Origin: Candidatus Atelocyanobacterium thalassae
GTDB taxonomy: Bacteria > Cyanobacteriota > Cyanobacteriia > Cyanobacteriales > Microcystaceae
Direction: 5' to 3'
Assembly (NCBI GenBank): GCA_051971635.1
Contig: JBFPLN010000004.1
Coordinates: 32,001-96,000, forward strand
DNA: 64,000 nucleotides
The notes beneath the pieces were generated by a model that ran no database searches, was not told the origin of the DNA, and saw only the letters and a program-made list of their open reading frames with translations. How positions within the stretch are numbered: position 1 is the first letter of the stretch; each line of letters opens with the position of its first letter. Position numbers and translations under genes: made by a program. Positions 42,783 to 54,446 of the stretch are shown here, in pieces.

Positions 42783-43271
42783 ATGAAACGATTATTGTTC
42801 ACATTAATTCTTATCACAACTCTGTGGTTTAATTTTACCCCTACTGCTTCAGCTTCTTATGATAATCTAACCCCTTGCGGTGATTCTGCTGCTTATCAGC
42901 AAAAATCGAAGCATTTTTTGAATACTACTGATGATCAGCAATCTGGACAGAAACGTGCCGAACGTTATGCTGAAGCATTGTGTGGTTCAGATGGTTATCC
43001 TCATTTAGTAGTAGATGGCAACTTAGCACATATTGGAGATTTTGCTATTCCTGGCATAATGTTCCTTTATATAGCAGGCTGGATTGGCTGGGTTGGTCGT
43101 GCTTACTTAATTGCCATTAATGGTGATACAAGTAAAGAAATTATTATTGATGTTCCTTTAGCTATTGGACAAATGTTAATGGGATTTGCTTGGCCAGTCT
43201 TAGCTTTTTATGAGTTCATTTCTGGAGATTTAGTAGTGAAGGATAGTGAAATTACTGTATCCCCACGATAA
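42783..43271 (+). CDS. psaF: Photosystem I subunit III PsaF
   Basis: Signal peptide, [46 protein letters not shown]. Confidence 0.98.
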   Translation: MKRLLFTLILITTLWFNFTPTASASYDNLTPCGDSAAYQQKSKHFLNTTDDQQSGQKRAERYAEALCGSDGYPHLVVDGNLAHIGDFAIPGIMFLYIAGWIGWVGRAYLIAINGDTSKEIIIDVPLAIGQMLMGFAWPVLAFYEFISGDLVVKDSEITVSPR

Positions 43272-43323
43272 TTAAGTTCATCCTAACATTTTTACTGTTC
43301 ATTAAATTATTGGAGAATTACTC

Positions 43324-43452
43324 ATGGAAAATTTGACAAAATTCTTGTCAACTGCACCTATTTTAATCATGGTCTTGCTGACCTTTACTGCAGGTCTCTT
43401 GATTGAATTCAACCGTTTTTTCCCCGATCTTCTTTTTCATCCTTTAGGATAA
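43324..43452 (+). CDS. psaJ: Photosystem I subunit IX PsaJ (missed by the ORF track)
   Basis: Hand translation [49 protein letters not shown]; canonical psaF-psaJ order. Confidence 0.98.
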   Translation: MENLTKFLSTAPILIMVLLTFTAGLLIEFNRFFPDLLFHPLG

Positions 43453-43491
43453 AAAATTGATTAATTACACTATTTAGGTACTAGTCCTGAA

Positions 43492-43544
43492 AAAGATGAA
43501 TTAGTTATATCTTAGTAAAATTGAAATATAGCTAATTCATCTTT
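43492..43544. terminator. Hairpin after psaJ
   Basis: AAAGATGAATTAGTTATAT ... ATATAGCTAATTCATCTTT (19-bp stem, one G-U pair). Confidence 0.75.
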
Positions 43545-43731
43545 GCGTTGACTCTAAAATTTCAAGAAATTAGTACCAAAAATTGCTTCTAGTCCAATTA
43601 GATTTTAACTATTTATAATTTAGAGTAGAAGTCATATTTGTTTAAGAAATACAAGATGTAGTTATGATCTAGATTTTTTCATTTTAAATTTCTTACTATT
43701 GAACAAAACTTTTCTGGCAATAATATGCAAA

Positions 43732-44688
43732 TTAAAAATTGTCAGATAAACAATCGATAACTTGCTTATATAATTTTTCCTTATCAAGATTTTGTCCAAT
43801 TAAAACTAATTGATTATTAAAATATTCCTTAACCTCTTCGTCTTCTATGTTAAAGCGTTTTCCAGTTAAATGAAAAACATGACGCTTTTGGCTTTCTTCA
43901 AACCACAAAATACCTTTTGATCTGAATACATTATCAGGTAGTTGATTATTAAGAAAATATTGAAATTTTTGCATAGAAAATGGCTTATTACTCTCAAAAG
44001 AAATTGAAGTAAATTCATCATCTTTTAAGTGATGATGATGAGTATGTTTATTATTATCATACTTAGAATACTTATCAATATTAAATAAATCAGATCCAAG
44101 AATTAAAGGTAAAGGAACTTGAGAATTTTTAGTTTTTAAAATTCTAGCAAATTCCTTCATTTTGTGAAGACGCTGTTCTAATTCATTAACTTCCCTTTCA
44201 CTAACTAAATCAGTTTTGTTCAGTAAAATAATATCCCCATAAGTTATCTGACTATATGCAGCCTGAGAATTAAATAAATCAAGACAAAAATTAGAACAAT
44301 CTATCATTGTAATAATAGAATCAACACGTGTTAAGTTTCTTAAATCAGCACCTAAAAAAGATAATGCAATTGGCAAAGGATCTGCTAAACCAGTAGTTTC
44401 TATTACCAAATGATCAATTTTTTTAGAATGTTCTAAGATTTTATAAATAGCCTGAATTAAATCATTATTAATAGAGCAACAAATACAACCATTATTAAGC
44501 TCGACAATATTATCATTAGTGGTAACAATTAATTCATTATCGATTCCAATTTCTCCAAATTCATTGACTAAGACCCCAATATTTTTACTTTCTTGATTAG
44601 TGAGAATATGATTAAGAAGCGTAGTTTTGCCACTACCGAGAAAACCAGTGATGATTGTAACAGGTAAAATTTGATTACTTTTGTCCAT
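43732..44688 (-). CDS. CobW/COG0523 family metallochaperone GTPase
   Basis: [33 protein letters not shown], short His tract, FRSKG. Confidence 0.95.
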   Translation of the reverse strand: MDKSNQILPVTIITGFLGSGKTTLLNHILTNQESKNIGVLVNEFGEIGIDNELIVTTNDNIVELNNGCICCSINNDLIQAIYKILEHSKKIDHLVIETTGLADPLPIALSFLGADLRNLTRVDSIITMIDCSNFCLDLFNSQAAYSQITYGDIILLNKTDLVSEREVNELEQRLHKMKEFARILKTKNSQVPLPLILGSDLFNIDKYSKYDNNKHTHHHHLKDDEFTSISFESNKPFSMQKFQYFLNNQLPDNVFRSKGILWFEESQKRHVFHLTGKRFNIEDEEVKEYFNNQLVLIGQNLDKEKLYKQVIDCLSDNF

Positions 44689-44902
44689 AATCTTTAAACT
44701 GAATTAATTATTGTTTTTTAATTTTTTTAAAAACGAAACACAAAAGTTACTGCTAAATATTAGCAAAAAAAGAAATAAAGTATTTTATGCTGATTTAGAT
44801 ATTACTAATTTTTTTGACTATTTAAATAACTTAAAAGTACTTTTAAAATATACTTCATATACAAAATAAATAATGAAGTATATTTCAGCTTCAAAAGTAT
44901 TA

Positions 44903-45217
44903 TTATGAATCTTGATTAGAATCTGGAAAGCGTGGATGAATTTGCTCAGCATCAGGACATTCATCAGATACAATAATCTCAGAATTATACCGTGAAACAG
45001 AAGCAATTTTTTGACTGATTGCCCCAATACTTTCTAATCTCACCATCTCTTCCCAAGAACTAATTTCGTCATCTTCCTCAGTTTCATATCGAATAATGAC
45101 TAAATCTCCTTCTAGAGATAGAATAGTCGCACCATCAATCCAACGTTGCTGATCCCGCAAGAACAGGCAAACTTCTCGACCTTCTGTACAAAGTTGATAA
45201 ATCTTGCGGTGTAGCAT
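44903..45217 (-). CDS. Conserved cyanobacterial protein (DUF6679-like)
   Basis: MLHRKIYQL...FLRDQQRWI...SWEEMVRLESIGA; strong GAGGAG RBS. Confidence 0.8.
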   Translation of the reverse strand: MLHRKIYQLCTEGREVCLFLRDQQRWIDGATILSLEGDLVIIRYETEEDDEISSWEEMVRLESIGAISQKIASVSRYNSEIIVSDECPDAEQIHPRFPDSNQDS

Positions 45218-45458
45218 AGATGTCTCCTCAACAGGTAACAGCCTTAATAAATTTACACTAACATTAAAAATAGTCCATATGCTATGTCACATAGGCTATT
45301 TTTAGAATAATTAATAATTACAGCAATCATTTCAGCAAAACTTTGCATGAGCCGATTTTAAAATATGCTTGTATTGCTTGTATTAATAGACACTATTAGT
45401 TTCGACAGAGAATAGAATTAATAATATTTGTAATTAAAATAATATTGAGTACAAATAT

Positions 45459-45677
45459 TTATTCTTCATCCCATGCCTCAACAAGTAGAACTTCACTTAC
45501 AGGATCTTGCATTGCAAAACCAAAATCTAATAATTCTTTTTTCCAATAAGACCATTCATTGTCATAAAGAAGAGCTAATTTCCATATACTATCACTGGGC
45601 TTGAGGACTTTTGACTCTACCAGTGAAGAAACTTTACGTTGAAACTTCATCATAGGATGAGTAACTTGTTTCGTCAT
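45459..45677 (-). CDS. DUF4327 family protein
   Basis: HPMMKFQRKV.SLV....KPSDSIWK...W.YWK.EL.DF.F.MQDP....VEAWDE. Start set to the ATG at 45677. Confidence 0.85.
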   Translation of the reverse strand: MTKQVTHPMMKFQRKVSSLVESKVLKPSDSIWKLALLYDNEWSYWKKELLDFGFAMQDPVSEVLLVEAWDEE

Positions 45678-46133
45678 AGACTCAATCAATTTATGTTTAC
45701 TAAATTGTACGAATGTTTTAAGATCAACTTCTTCTTTAATATTTCTATATATGATTAAAGCAATATACGTTTATTTAATACCTATATTTAGAGAAGTATT
45801 CCTACTACATTCTTTTTTAACTGATATATTCAGTTTATGCAAGTCTTTTTAATTTATAGTATGGTAATTACTACTCTAGTATGTTGATCCAAAGCCATGT
45901 TTAATCATCAATTCAGCTTCAAAGTTTATAAAAATTTCTAATAAAATATTTCAAAACATATGTCCAGTATTGGTATGAATAATTGATGTTATTCACTGAT
46001 TTATAACAAATAGTAGATTTTAGAGTTATTTTAGATAAATATCTAAGCTTATTAATTTAAAAAACAATATTTCTCAAAGTAGTTTAAAAAAAAGCTATCT
46101 AACTAACCTAATTATTTTTATTCTACAAGTACT

Positions 46134-46880
46134 ATGACATTAACAAAATCAATAGAATGGCTAGCATTAGTAATTGGTAATTCTCATCTTCATTGGGGAT
46201 ATTTTAAAAATGGGTTTTTACATAGTTGTTGGGACACACATTATTATTACAAGCCTATCAATAAATTAATATTACCATCTGAAGTTTTATTAGCTAATAT
46301 CCCTGAAAATCTACCACTTATTGTGGCTTCTGTTGTACCAAAGCAGACTAGCATATGGAAAGAATACTATGGTGTTAATATCATAAAGTTAAGCGATATT
46401 CCAGTAAAGAACCTCTATTCAAATATCGGGATAGATAGGGCTTTAGCTGTTCTTGGAGCTGGAGCAACATATAGTTTCCCTTGTTTAGTAATTGATGCAG
46501 GTACTGCTTTAACTTTTACAGGTGTAGATCAAAATTCTGCTCTTATAGGAGGAGCTATTCTGCCAGGATTAAAATTACAGTTCGATTCATTATCAAGTAA
46601 GATTGAAACTTTACCTAATGTTAATTTACCTAAAAAATTACCGTGTCGATGGTCAAGAAGTACTATAGGAGCAATTAAAAGTGGAATAATATATACAATT
46701 ATTAGTGGAATTAAAATATTTATAGATAATTGGTTAATAAATTATCCAAATAGTCATATAATTTTGACAGGAGGCGATTCTATTACTCTGTATAATTATT
46801 TTATTGAAAAAGATTCAAATAATTTTAGGAAATTAAAAGTGGATAGAAATCTTATCTTTTGGGGTATTAAATCAATATAA
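46134..46880 (+). CDS. coaX: Type III pantothenate kinase
   Basis: IGNS, ASVVP, GIDR, VIDAGTALT, GGAILPG, LTGGD. Confidence 0.93.
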   Translation: MTLTKSIEWLALVIGNSHLHWGYFKNGFLHSCWDTHYYYKPINKLILPSEVLLANIPENLPLIVASVVPKQTSIWKEYYGVNIIKLSDIPVKNLYSNIGIDRALAVLGAGATYSFPCLVIDAGTALTFTGVDQNSALIGGAILPGLKLQFDSLSSKIETLPNVNLPKKLPCRWSRSTIGAIKSGIIYTIISGIKIFIDNWLINYPNSHIILTGGDSITLYNYFIEKDSNNFRKLKVDRNLIFWGIKSI

Positions 46881-46940
46881 CTTTGATTGTAAAAACAAAA
46901 AGATTTTATTTTTATAAAAATTATCAAATTAAAGAAAGTT

Positions 46941-48068
46941 TTACTGTTCAAAAGTGTTTGGATCTAACGCATCTCTTAATCCATCTCCGAGTAAATTAAA
47001 AGATAAAACCGTTATAATAATTGCTAGAGCCGGAGGCCAGATTAACCAAGGTTGTAATACTAAAATTGATGCATTAGTAGATACTGAGAGAAGATTCCCC
47101 CAACTAGCATCAGGCTGTTGAATTCCTAAGCCAATCAAACTTAACACTGACTCCGACACAATGAATTCAGGAATTGTTAATGTAGCAGAAATAATAATAT
47201 AAGTTGCTGTTTGAGGTAAAATATGATGGAGAATAATTCTTTTGTTAGTTGCTCCCATAGCTTTAGCAGCTTGAACAAACTCTTGATCTTTAAAGGAAAG
47301 TACTTGCCCTCTAATAACTCTAGCGAGTCCTGACCAGCCAATGAAAGAGGTAATTAAGATGATTAAAACAAATCGCTGTGTATTATTTAAACTTGGAGGA
47401 ATTACTGTAGCTAAAGCAACCAACAGATAGATTCCTGGAATTGTCATCAAAACTTCTACTAAACGCATTAAAACTATATCAATCCACCCACCAAAATATC
47501 CAGAAATACCTCCAACGATTATACCTATTGGAAAAGAGATCATAATTCCTACTAATCCAATAAATAAACTAACTCTTCCTCCGAATAACAATCGACTAAA
47601 TTGATCTCTTCCTTGTTCATCAGTTCCTAATAAATTTAATTTTCCTTTACCCATAGCTCCTATAAGATGAACATCTATAGGAATTCCAGGAAATAAACTA
47701 ACTTCCTTAAAAGAGGGAGGTAAAGGAATAGATATATTAAATAACTTATACCTGTTTCCTTTTACAAATAAACGGATAGGAGATGGATCTTGAAAATTAA
47801 TATTTAAGTCACGCCTTCCTGTTTCAATATCTATGGGGCTTTGACTAGTTGGGTAAACATGAGGTCCGATATATTTGCCTTTAAGCGGTCCATCTTGAAT
47901 TGTCCAATAAATTGGGGTTGGAGGTAACAAGGAACCGTCTATTTGGGATGAATAGGGATTATACGGAGCAATAAAATCTGCAGCAATAACTACTACATAT
48001 AAGATAGTTAATATAGTGATGCCAAAAAGTGCTAAATAATTATTTCTAAATTTTTGCCATAGGTTCAT
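46941..48068 (-). CDS. Peptide/nickel ABC transporter permease (OppC/DppC-like)
   Basis: LGTDEQGRD, ARVIRGQ, FVQAAKAMGA, SWG, FNLLGDGLRDALDP. Confidence 0.93.
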   Translation of the reverse strand: MNLWQKFRNNYLALFGITILTILYVVVIAADFIAPYNPYSSQIDGSLLPPTPIYWTIQDGPLKGKYIGPHVYPTSQSPIDIETGRRDLNINFQDPSPIRLFVKGNRYKLFNISIPLPPSFKEVSLFPGIPIDVHLIGAMGKGKLNLLGTDEQGRDQFSRLLFGGRVSLFIGLVGIMISFPIGIIVGGISGYFGGWIDIVLMRLVEVLMTIPGIYLLVALATVIPPSLNNTQRFVLIILITSFIGWSGLARVIRGQVLSFKDQEFVQAAKAMGATNKRIILHHILPQTATYIIISATLTIPEFIVSESVLSLIGLGIQQPDASWGNLLSVSTNASILVLQPWLIWPPALAIIITVLSFNLLGDGLRDALDPNTFEQ

Positions 48069-48267
48069 GATTTTAGCTTCATATTTTATTGATTAAAAAC
48101 CAGATAATTTTCAAAAGACCTGAACTGCACATGCACAGATAGTGGGCCAGTCACTATATGAATAACATACCTTAGATAATATATACTTGAAGTTTTTATA
48201 AAAAAGTTTATTTTTATTTGTTAGTTTGATAACTTGGTAATAAAATCAACATTTAATAGAAGATACG

Positions 48268-48299
48268 AATAAGGAGAGTAAGATATTACTCTCCTTATT
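48268..48299 (-). terminator. Hairpin directly after guaB3
   Basis: AATAAGGAGAGTAA-gata-TTACTCTCCTTATT, perfect 14-bp stem. Confidence 0.75.
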
Positions 48300-48303
48300 T
48301 ACA

Positions 48304-49482
48304 TTATTTACCCATTCCTAGTTGCTGAGCTTTTTGATAAACTTTTCCTTCTGTTAACAAAGAAGGTGCAATTACTACTTCAACTTTTTGCATTTCTTTT
48401 ATATTTTTGGCTCCTAATGTACTCATACTAGTTTTTAATGCCCCTAATAAATTATGAGTTCCATCATCTAGCTTAGCAGGTCCAATTAAAATTTCTTCTA
48501 TAGTTCCTGTTGTACCTACATTTATTCTTGTACCTCTTGGCAGGATAGGGGATGGCGTTGCCATCCCCCAATGATATCCTTTACCAGGAGCTTCTACTGC
48601 ACGAGCTATAGGAGAACCTATCATTACTGAATCAGCACCACAAGCTATACACTTACAGATATCGCCTCCTGTAATAATTCCTCCATCTGCAATAATAGGT
48701 GTATATGTACCTGTCTTTTTATAATATTCATCACGTGCTGCAGCACAGTTAGCAATAGCTGTAGGCTGCGGAACACCTATTCCTAAGACACCTCTAGAAG
48801 TACAAGCAGCTCCTGGACCAATACCAACTAGTACTCCTGCAGCTCCTGCTTCCATAAGTTCCAATGCTACTTCATAAGTGACACAGTTACCAAGAACAAC
48901 CGGCATAGGCATATCTTTACAAAACTGTTGTAAATCAAGAGAAGAGATAGACTCTGGTGTTAAATGGTTGGTTGAAACTACTGTAGCTTGAACAAATAAC
49001 AAATCTGCTCCTGCATCGGCCACAATTTTTCCATATTTAGAAGCACCTAGAGGAGTCAGACTAACTGCAGCAATATTTCCAGTAGATTTAATACTTTCAA
49101 TACGTTTTTTGATTAGCTCAGGTTTAACTGGCTCTGCATAAAGTTTCTGCATTAATTCTACAAACTCTGATTTACCTACTGAAGCAATGTTTTCAAGGAT
49201 TGGAGTAGGATCGTCATAACGAGTTTGAATACCTTCTAAGTTCAAAACTCCTATAGCTCCAAGGCCTGAAAGCAGATTAGCCATGTTAGTATCTATTACT
49301 CCATCCATAGCACTTGCAAGAATAGGTATGTCCCTTTTTATGTTTCCAATACTCCAACTAGTATCTATTAGAGCAGGATCCAAAGTACATGTACCAGGTA
49401 CGAGTGCAATTTCATTTATGCCATACGCCCGTTTAGCTGTTTTTCCATGACCAATAATAATATCCACGTTTTTATATTCCAT
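48304..49482 (-). CDS. guaB: GuaB3-family IMP dehydrogenase
   Basis: ASAMDGV, catalytic GIGPGAACTSR, IADGG, HWGMA; no CBS domains. Confidence 0.93.
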   Translation of the reverse strand: MEYKNVDIIIGHGKTAKRAYGINEIALVPGTCTLDPALIDTSWSIGNIKRDIPILASAMDGVIDTNMANLLSGLGAIGVLNLEGIQTRYDDPTPILENIASVGKSEFVELMQKLYAEPVKPELIKKRIESIKSTGNIAAVSLTPLGASKYGKIVADAGADLLFVQATVVSTNHLTPESISSLDLQQFCKDMPMPVVLGNCVTYEVALELMEAGAAGVLVGIGPGAACTSRGVLGIGVPQPTAIANCAAARDEYYKKTGTYTPIIADGGIITGGDICKCIACGADSVMIGSPIARAVEAPGKGYHWGMATPSPILPRGTRINVGTTGTIEEILIGPAKLDDGTHNLLGALKTSMSTLGAKNIKEMQKVEVVIAPSLLTEGKVYQKAQQLGMGK

Positions 49483-49705
49483 TCCCTAAGTATTAAATTA
49501 GGCTAGCAAATTTTTGGAGTTTTCGGGTATAAAAATCAAAAACTTCGTTTTAGTGAGATGAAATCAGCTGAATATATGAAAGTTTAATAAACTATTAAGA
49601 TGTAATTACCATATGTAATTTGTCATATGGTTTTTTAAAAATGTAACAGACCACCAGAACAACCTTTTTTATACATTATTTAATCGATCAAGAATTTTTA
49701 TTCAG

Positions 49706-49774
49706 AAATAAAATTCTTATTTATGCAATGTGGTTTTTTAGCATAAAAAATAAAATTCTTATTTATACAATGTG
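49706..49774. repeat. 27-bp direct repeat, two copies, 42-bp period
   Basis: AAATAAAATTCTTATTTATGCAATGTG (49706-49732) and AAATAAAATTCTTATTTATACAATGTG (49748-49774); one mismatch. Confidence 0.85.
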
Positions 49775-50042
49775 ATGGACTAATCTCTTATAATCCTCAA
49801 GTATATATAGAAATATTTCTTGATACTTTTACTAAGATTAATCTCAAACGCTGAAAATATATTCAACATAAAGAGAAATTTAGTTTCATGAATAAAGCTA
49901 TAAGTATAAAAAAGATGGAACTTCTTTATACTATTGAAGTGGAAAAAAATATTAATTTCTAATCTTTAGCTGTATTAGCCATACTGAAATTCTAATGATA
50001 TGGCACAATCTAATTAAAAATAAATAATTATTAATACTTTAA

Positions 50043-52769
50043 ATGACTGTAAACATATTTGAATTATCAACTAAATACGATCCTAAACTAACAGAATCCA
50101 AGTGGCAAAAAGCTTGGGAAACTCATCAAATTTTTAAAGCTAATACAAAAGAAAAAGAAAATGTTTTCTGTATGGTTATTCCTCCTCCTAACGTTACAGG
50201 TAGTCTTCATATGGGTCATGCATTTGAAGATTGCTTGATGGATGTGTTAGTGCGTTATCATAGAATGAATGGAAAGAATACATTATGTCTCCCTGGAACT
50301 GATCATGCGAGTATTGCAGTTCATAGTATCCTTGATAATCAATTAAAAAAAGAAGGCAAGACTCGTTATGATATTGGAAGAGAAGAGTTTCTTCAGCGAG
50401 CCTGGGAATGGAAAGAATCATCAGGAGGAAAGATAGTAACTCAACTAAAAGAAGTTGGTTTATCTGCTGACTGGTCGAGAGAGCGTTTCACTCTGGATGA
50501 GGGATTGTCGAAAGCTGTTAAAACTGCTTTTATACAACTATATGAAGCAGGGTTGATCTATAGAGGTAACTATTTAATTAATTGGTGTCCTGCTTCTTTG
50601 TCTGCAGTATCAGACTTAGAAGTAGAGAATAGAGAAGTTAAAGGAAATCTGTGGTATTTTCGCTATCCTTTAAAGGATAATAGTGGCTATTTAGACGTTG
50701 CGACTACTAGACCTGAAACTATTTTAGGTGATACTGGAGTAGCTGTTCATCCTGATGATAAACGATATCAAAATTTAATTGGGAAAACTCTAATATTGCC
50801 CATTGTAGGCCGAGAAATTTTAATAGTCGCAGATGATTCAGTTGATCCAAATTTTGGAACTGGATCTGTGAAAATTACTCCTGCTCATGATCCTAATGAT
50901 TTTGCTATAGGTAGTCGTCATAACTTACCTTTTATTAATATTCTTAATAAAGATGGTAGCTTAAACGAAAATGCTGGAGAATTTCAGGGACAAGACCGTT
51001 ACGAAGCTCGTGAAAATATTGTCAAGAGACTAAAAAAAGATGGATTTTTAGTCAAAGTTGAAGACCATTATCATTCAGTTCCATACAGTGATCGTGGTAA
51101 AGTTCCTATTGAGCCATTACTTTCCACCCAATGGTTTGTAAAAATTGAACCATTGTCTAAGAAAGCACTTAAATTCTTAGATGAAGAGAATTCACCCCGT
51201 TTCATTCCTGACCGATGGACAAAAGTCTATAGGGATTGGTTGATAAAATTGAAAGATTGGTGTATTTCACGCCAGCTGTGGTGGGGACATCAAATACCAG
51301 CATGGTATGTAATTAGCCAAACTAATGGAATAATAACTGATAGTACACCTTTTGTTGTAGCTTACGATAAAGATGAAGCTTTAGAAAAAGCGCAAAAAGA
51401 GTATGGAAAAAATCTCGTATTAGAACAAGATCCTGACGTTTTAGATACTTGGTTCTCATCAGGTTTATGGCCTTTCTCTACATTAGGTTGGCCAGAAAAG
51501 ACAGAAGATTTTGCAACTTATTATCCTACAAGTACTCTTGTTACCGGGTTTGATATTATATTTTTTTGGGTAGCAAGAATGACTATGATGGCGGGGTATT
51601 TTACAGACCAAATACCTTTTAAAGATGTTTATATTCATGGACTAGTTAGAGATGAAAATGGTAAGAAGATGTCAAAATCTTCTAATAATGGAATAGATCC
51701 ATTAATTTTAATAGAAAAATATGGCACCGATGCACTCCGTTATACTTTAATTAAAGAAGTCGCAGGAGCTGGTCAAGATGTAACTTTACAATATAGTAGA
51801 GAAACTAATGAGTCTGAATCTGTAGAAGCATCTAGGAATTTTGCAAACAAATTATGGAATGCTGCAAGATTTGTAATAATGAATCTGGAAGAAAATGTTC
51901 AAAACAATGTAGGTAATATTAATATTGAGTACCTAGATTTAGCTGATTATTGGATATTATCAAGATTTCAGAAAGTAACACAACAAACTATTAACTATGT
52001 CAATAGTTATGGCTTAGGGGAAGCAGCCAAAGGACTATATGATTTCGTTTGGAGTGATTTTTGTGATTCGTATATTGAATTGGTAAAATCTCGATTATCA
52101 GAAAAGACAGATTCTTCTCTAGGTGCTCAGCAAACTTTAGCATATGTTCTAGATGGGATATTGAAGTTACTTCATCCATTTATGCCTCATATTACAGAAG
52201 AGATTTGGCAAACCTTAACACAGAAAGATAGCGATTTTATAGCTATCCAGGCGTACCCCAAACCTGAGTTGAGTTATGTAAATAAAGATTTGGAAAATCT
52301 CTTTGATTTACTATTTGATGTAATTAAGACTATTCGTAATTTACGTGCTGAGTTAGATATTAAACCTAAAATAAAAACTTCCGTGATATTACAGAGTGAA
52401 AGTCAAGTAACACAAGATACCTTAAGAATAGGTCAAAAATATATTCAAGATTTGGGGAAAATAAGTAAGATAACTATTGTTCCTAAAGTAGAATCAAAGA
52501 AAGAGCAAGTATTTACTGGAGTTGTGAAAAATATACAAATTCTAATTCCATTATCAGGAATAGTTGATATTGCTCTCCTTCGTCAAAAATTAGAAAAAAA
52601 TTTAAATAAAATAGAGAATGAAGCTAATATCTTAACAAAACGTTTAAGTAATTCTAAATTTATTTTAAAAGCTCCTGCAACAGTAGTTCAAGGAACAAAA
52701 GATGCTCTTGAAGAAGCCAAGCAACAAACTTTCATTTTGCGAGAACGTCTTCAATACTTGCATGAATAA
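50043..52769 (+). CDS. valS: Valine-tRNA ligase
   Basis: [38 protein letters not shown]-terminal coiled coil. Confidence 0.99.
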   Translation: MTVNIFELSTKYDPKLTESKWQKAWETHQIFKANTKEKENVFCMVIPPPNVTGSLHMGHAFEDCLMDVLVRYHRMNGKNTLCLPGTDHASIAVHSILDNQLKKEGKTRYDIGREEFLQRAWEWKESSGGKIVTQLKEVGLSADWSRERFTLDEGLSKAVKTAFIQLYEAGLIYRGNYLINWCPASLSAVSDLEVENREVKGNLWYFRYPLKDNSGYLDVATTRPETILGDTGVAVHPDDKRYQNLIGKTLILPIVGREILIVADDSVDPNFGTGSVKITPAHDPNDFAIGSRHNLPFINILNKDGSLNENAGEFQGQDRYEARENIVKRLKKDGFLVKVEDHYHSVPYSDRGKVPIEPLLSTQWFVKIEPLSKKALKFLDEENSPRFIPDRWTKVYRDWLIKLKDWCISRQLWWGHQIPAWYVISQTNGIITDSTPFVVAYDKDEALEKAQKEYGKNLVLEQDPDVLDTWFSSGLWPFSTLGWPEKTEDFATYYPTSTLVTGFDIIFFWVARMTMMAGYFTDQIPFKDVYIHGLVRDENGKKMSKSSNNGIDPLILIEKYGTDALRYTLIKEVAGAGQDVTLQYSRETNESESVEASRNFANKLWNAARFVIMNLEENVQNNVGNINIEYLDLADYWILSRFQKVTQQTINYVNSYGLGEAAKGLYDFVWSDFCDSYIELVKSRLSEKTDSSLGAQQTLAYVLDGILKLLHPFMPHITEEIWQTLTQKDSDFIAIQAYPKPELSYVNKDLENLFDLLFDVIKTIRNLRAELDIKPKIKTSVILQSESQVTQDTLRIGQKYIQDLGKISKITIVPKVESKKEQVFTGVVKNIQILIPLSGIVDIALLRQKLEKNLNKIENEANILTKRLSNSKFILKAPATVVQGTKDALEEAKQQTFILRERLQYLHE

Positions 52770-52825
52770 TTTGTTATTTATTATCAATAATCAAAATTTT
52801 GATTATTGATAATAAATAACAAATT
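52768..52825. repeat. Perfect 58-bp loopless palindrome overlapping the valS stop codon
   Basis: AATTTGTTATTTATTATCAATAATCAAAA | TTTTGATTATTGATAATAAATAACAAATT. Confidence 0.95.
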
Positions 52826-53010
52826 CTAAAATAGAGGCTTAATTGCATATTCCTCTACAAATGACTTAATATAGTATTATTTACAACCACATTAAGCAGT
52901 AAGATAAAGCATAAAAATATGAGAACAATACATAGCTACTGTTCAATATAGTATTGAGAAATATATTGATTATGGATAATAAGTCCTAATACACTTATGT
53001 AGTAAAAGAG

Positions 53011-53556
53011 TTGATGAGAATTGATAGAAATAAAAAATTAAAGACACTATCAGGACAAATTATCAGGCCTACTTCTTCTAAAGTAAAAGAAGCGTTGTTT
53101 AATATTTGGCAAGGTAAAATTCCGGGATGTAGTTTACTAGACTTATGTGCAGGAAATGGAACAGTAGGACATGAAGCTCTTTGTAGAGGTGCAGCTCTCG
53201 TAGTTGGGATCGAAAAATATGGAAAAGCTTGTACAATTATTAATACAAATTGGCTCAAATTTTCCGATTCTGGACAAAAATCTAAAGTAATTAAAGGTGA
53301 TGCCTTAAAGATCTTAAATAATTTAGAAGTTCAGCAATTTGATTTTATTTATTTCGACCCTCCCTACAGGAGTAACTTGTATCAGCCTGTTCTTGAATTA
53401 ATTGCAAAAAGAAATATTTTAGCCAAAAGCGGAGAAGTTGCTGTGGAACATGATTCAAGATTGTGGAAAGCAAGAGAAATAAGAAGATTAAAAATTACAA
53501 AGGAGAGGCAATATGGAAATACAAGTTTAACTTTTTACCAGTCAAATCTAGATTGA
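53011..53556 (+). CDS. rsmD: 16S rRNA m2G966 methyltransferase RsmD
   Basis: RPT..KVKEALFNI, LDLCAGNG..G.EAL.RGA, DPPY, YG.T.L.FY. Confidence 0.93.
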   Translation: MMRIDRNKKLKTLSGQIIRPTSSKVKEALFNIWQGKIPGCSLLDLCAGNGTVGHEALCRGAALVVGIEKYGKACTIINTNWLKFSDSGQKSKVIKGDALKILNNLEVQQFDFIYFDPPYRSNLYQPVLELIAKRNILAKSGEVAVEHDSRLWKAREIRRLKITKERQYGNTSLTFYQSNLD

Positions 53557-53564
53557 CTAGAGCA

Positions 53565-53592
53565 AAACTTTGATTTAATCAAATCAAAGTTT
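53565..53592 (+). terminator. Hairpin after rsmD
   Basis: AAACTTTGATTT-aatc-AAATCAAAGTTT, perfect 12-bp stem. Confidence 0.6.
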
Positions 53593-53909
53593 GTTTAATA
53601 TTACAATTGTCATATCTAAGTAATGGAATATGACTAGATTATGGCTTGAAAGTTATTCAGGAAGACTATATTATTGTATTTTTATGAATTACAAATAATA
53701 AAAATAGCTAATTAGAAAATAAAGTAATAGTATTTTTTAAGCATATATGTATTGTAAATTTTAACTAAAATGCTTTATATTTTGATTTACCTGTACTAAT
53801 TATTACAGTAATTAGCACAGTATTTTCTCTCAATACATTAATAAAAGAATTTTTGATTCAAGATTGAAATATAAATAAACTAAAAGAGTAAATAACATAT
53901 AAGAGTAAA

Positions 53910-54446
53910 ATGAGAACAAGTATTCTTTCAGCTGAAAAAATAAGACAAGTTTTAACTCGTTTAGCCTCTCAAGTAATTGAAAAATCGGGAGATTTATCAG
54001 ATATTGTACTTTTGGGAATTCATACTAGAGGTGTTCCTCTAGCCTCTATGTTGGCTCAACAAATAGAAATATTGGAAAACTTTAAAGTTCCTGTTGGTTC
54101 TATAGATATTACTTTTTATAGAGACGATTTAGATAGAATTAGAACCAGAACCCCAGCTAAAGCTACGTTTTCTTTTGACATAACTGGAAAAACTGTAATA
54201 TTAGTTGATGATGTTATCTATAAAGGAAGAACAATTCGTGCTGCTCTTAATGCTATTAATGAATATGGAAGACCTGAAAAAATTCGTTTATTAGTGTTGA
54301 TAGATCGAGGTCATCGAGAGCTACCAATCCATCCTGACTTCATAGGAAAAAAATTACCTACATCATCTAAAGAACAAGTAAAGGTTTATCTTGAAGAAAC
54401 AGATGGGAGAGATGCTGTAGAGTTAATTAAAAATAATTATTTATGA
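53910..54446 (+). CDS. pyrR: PyrR (pyr regulator / uracil phosphoribosyltransferase)
   Basis: [40 protein letters not shown]. Confidence 0.97.
   Translation: MRTSILSAEKIRQVLTRLASQVIEKSGDLSDIVLLGIHTRGVPLASMLAQQIEILENFKVPVGSIDITFYRDDLDRIRTRTPAKATFSFDITGKTVILVDDVIYKGRTIRAALNAINEYGRPEKIRLLVLIDRGHRELPIHPDFIGKKLPTSSKEQVKVYLEETDGRDAVELIKNNYL

Noticed and set aside
49706..49774. Possible mini-CRISPR
   Set aside because: Only two repeats, a 15-nt spacer and no cas genes.
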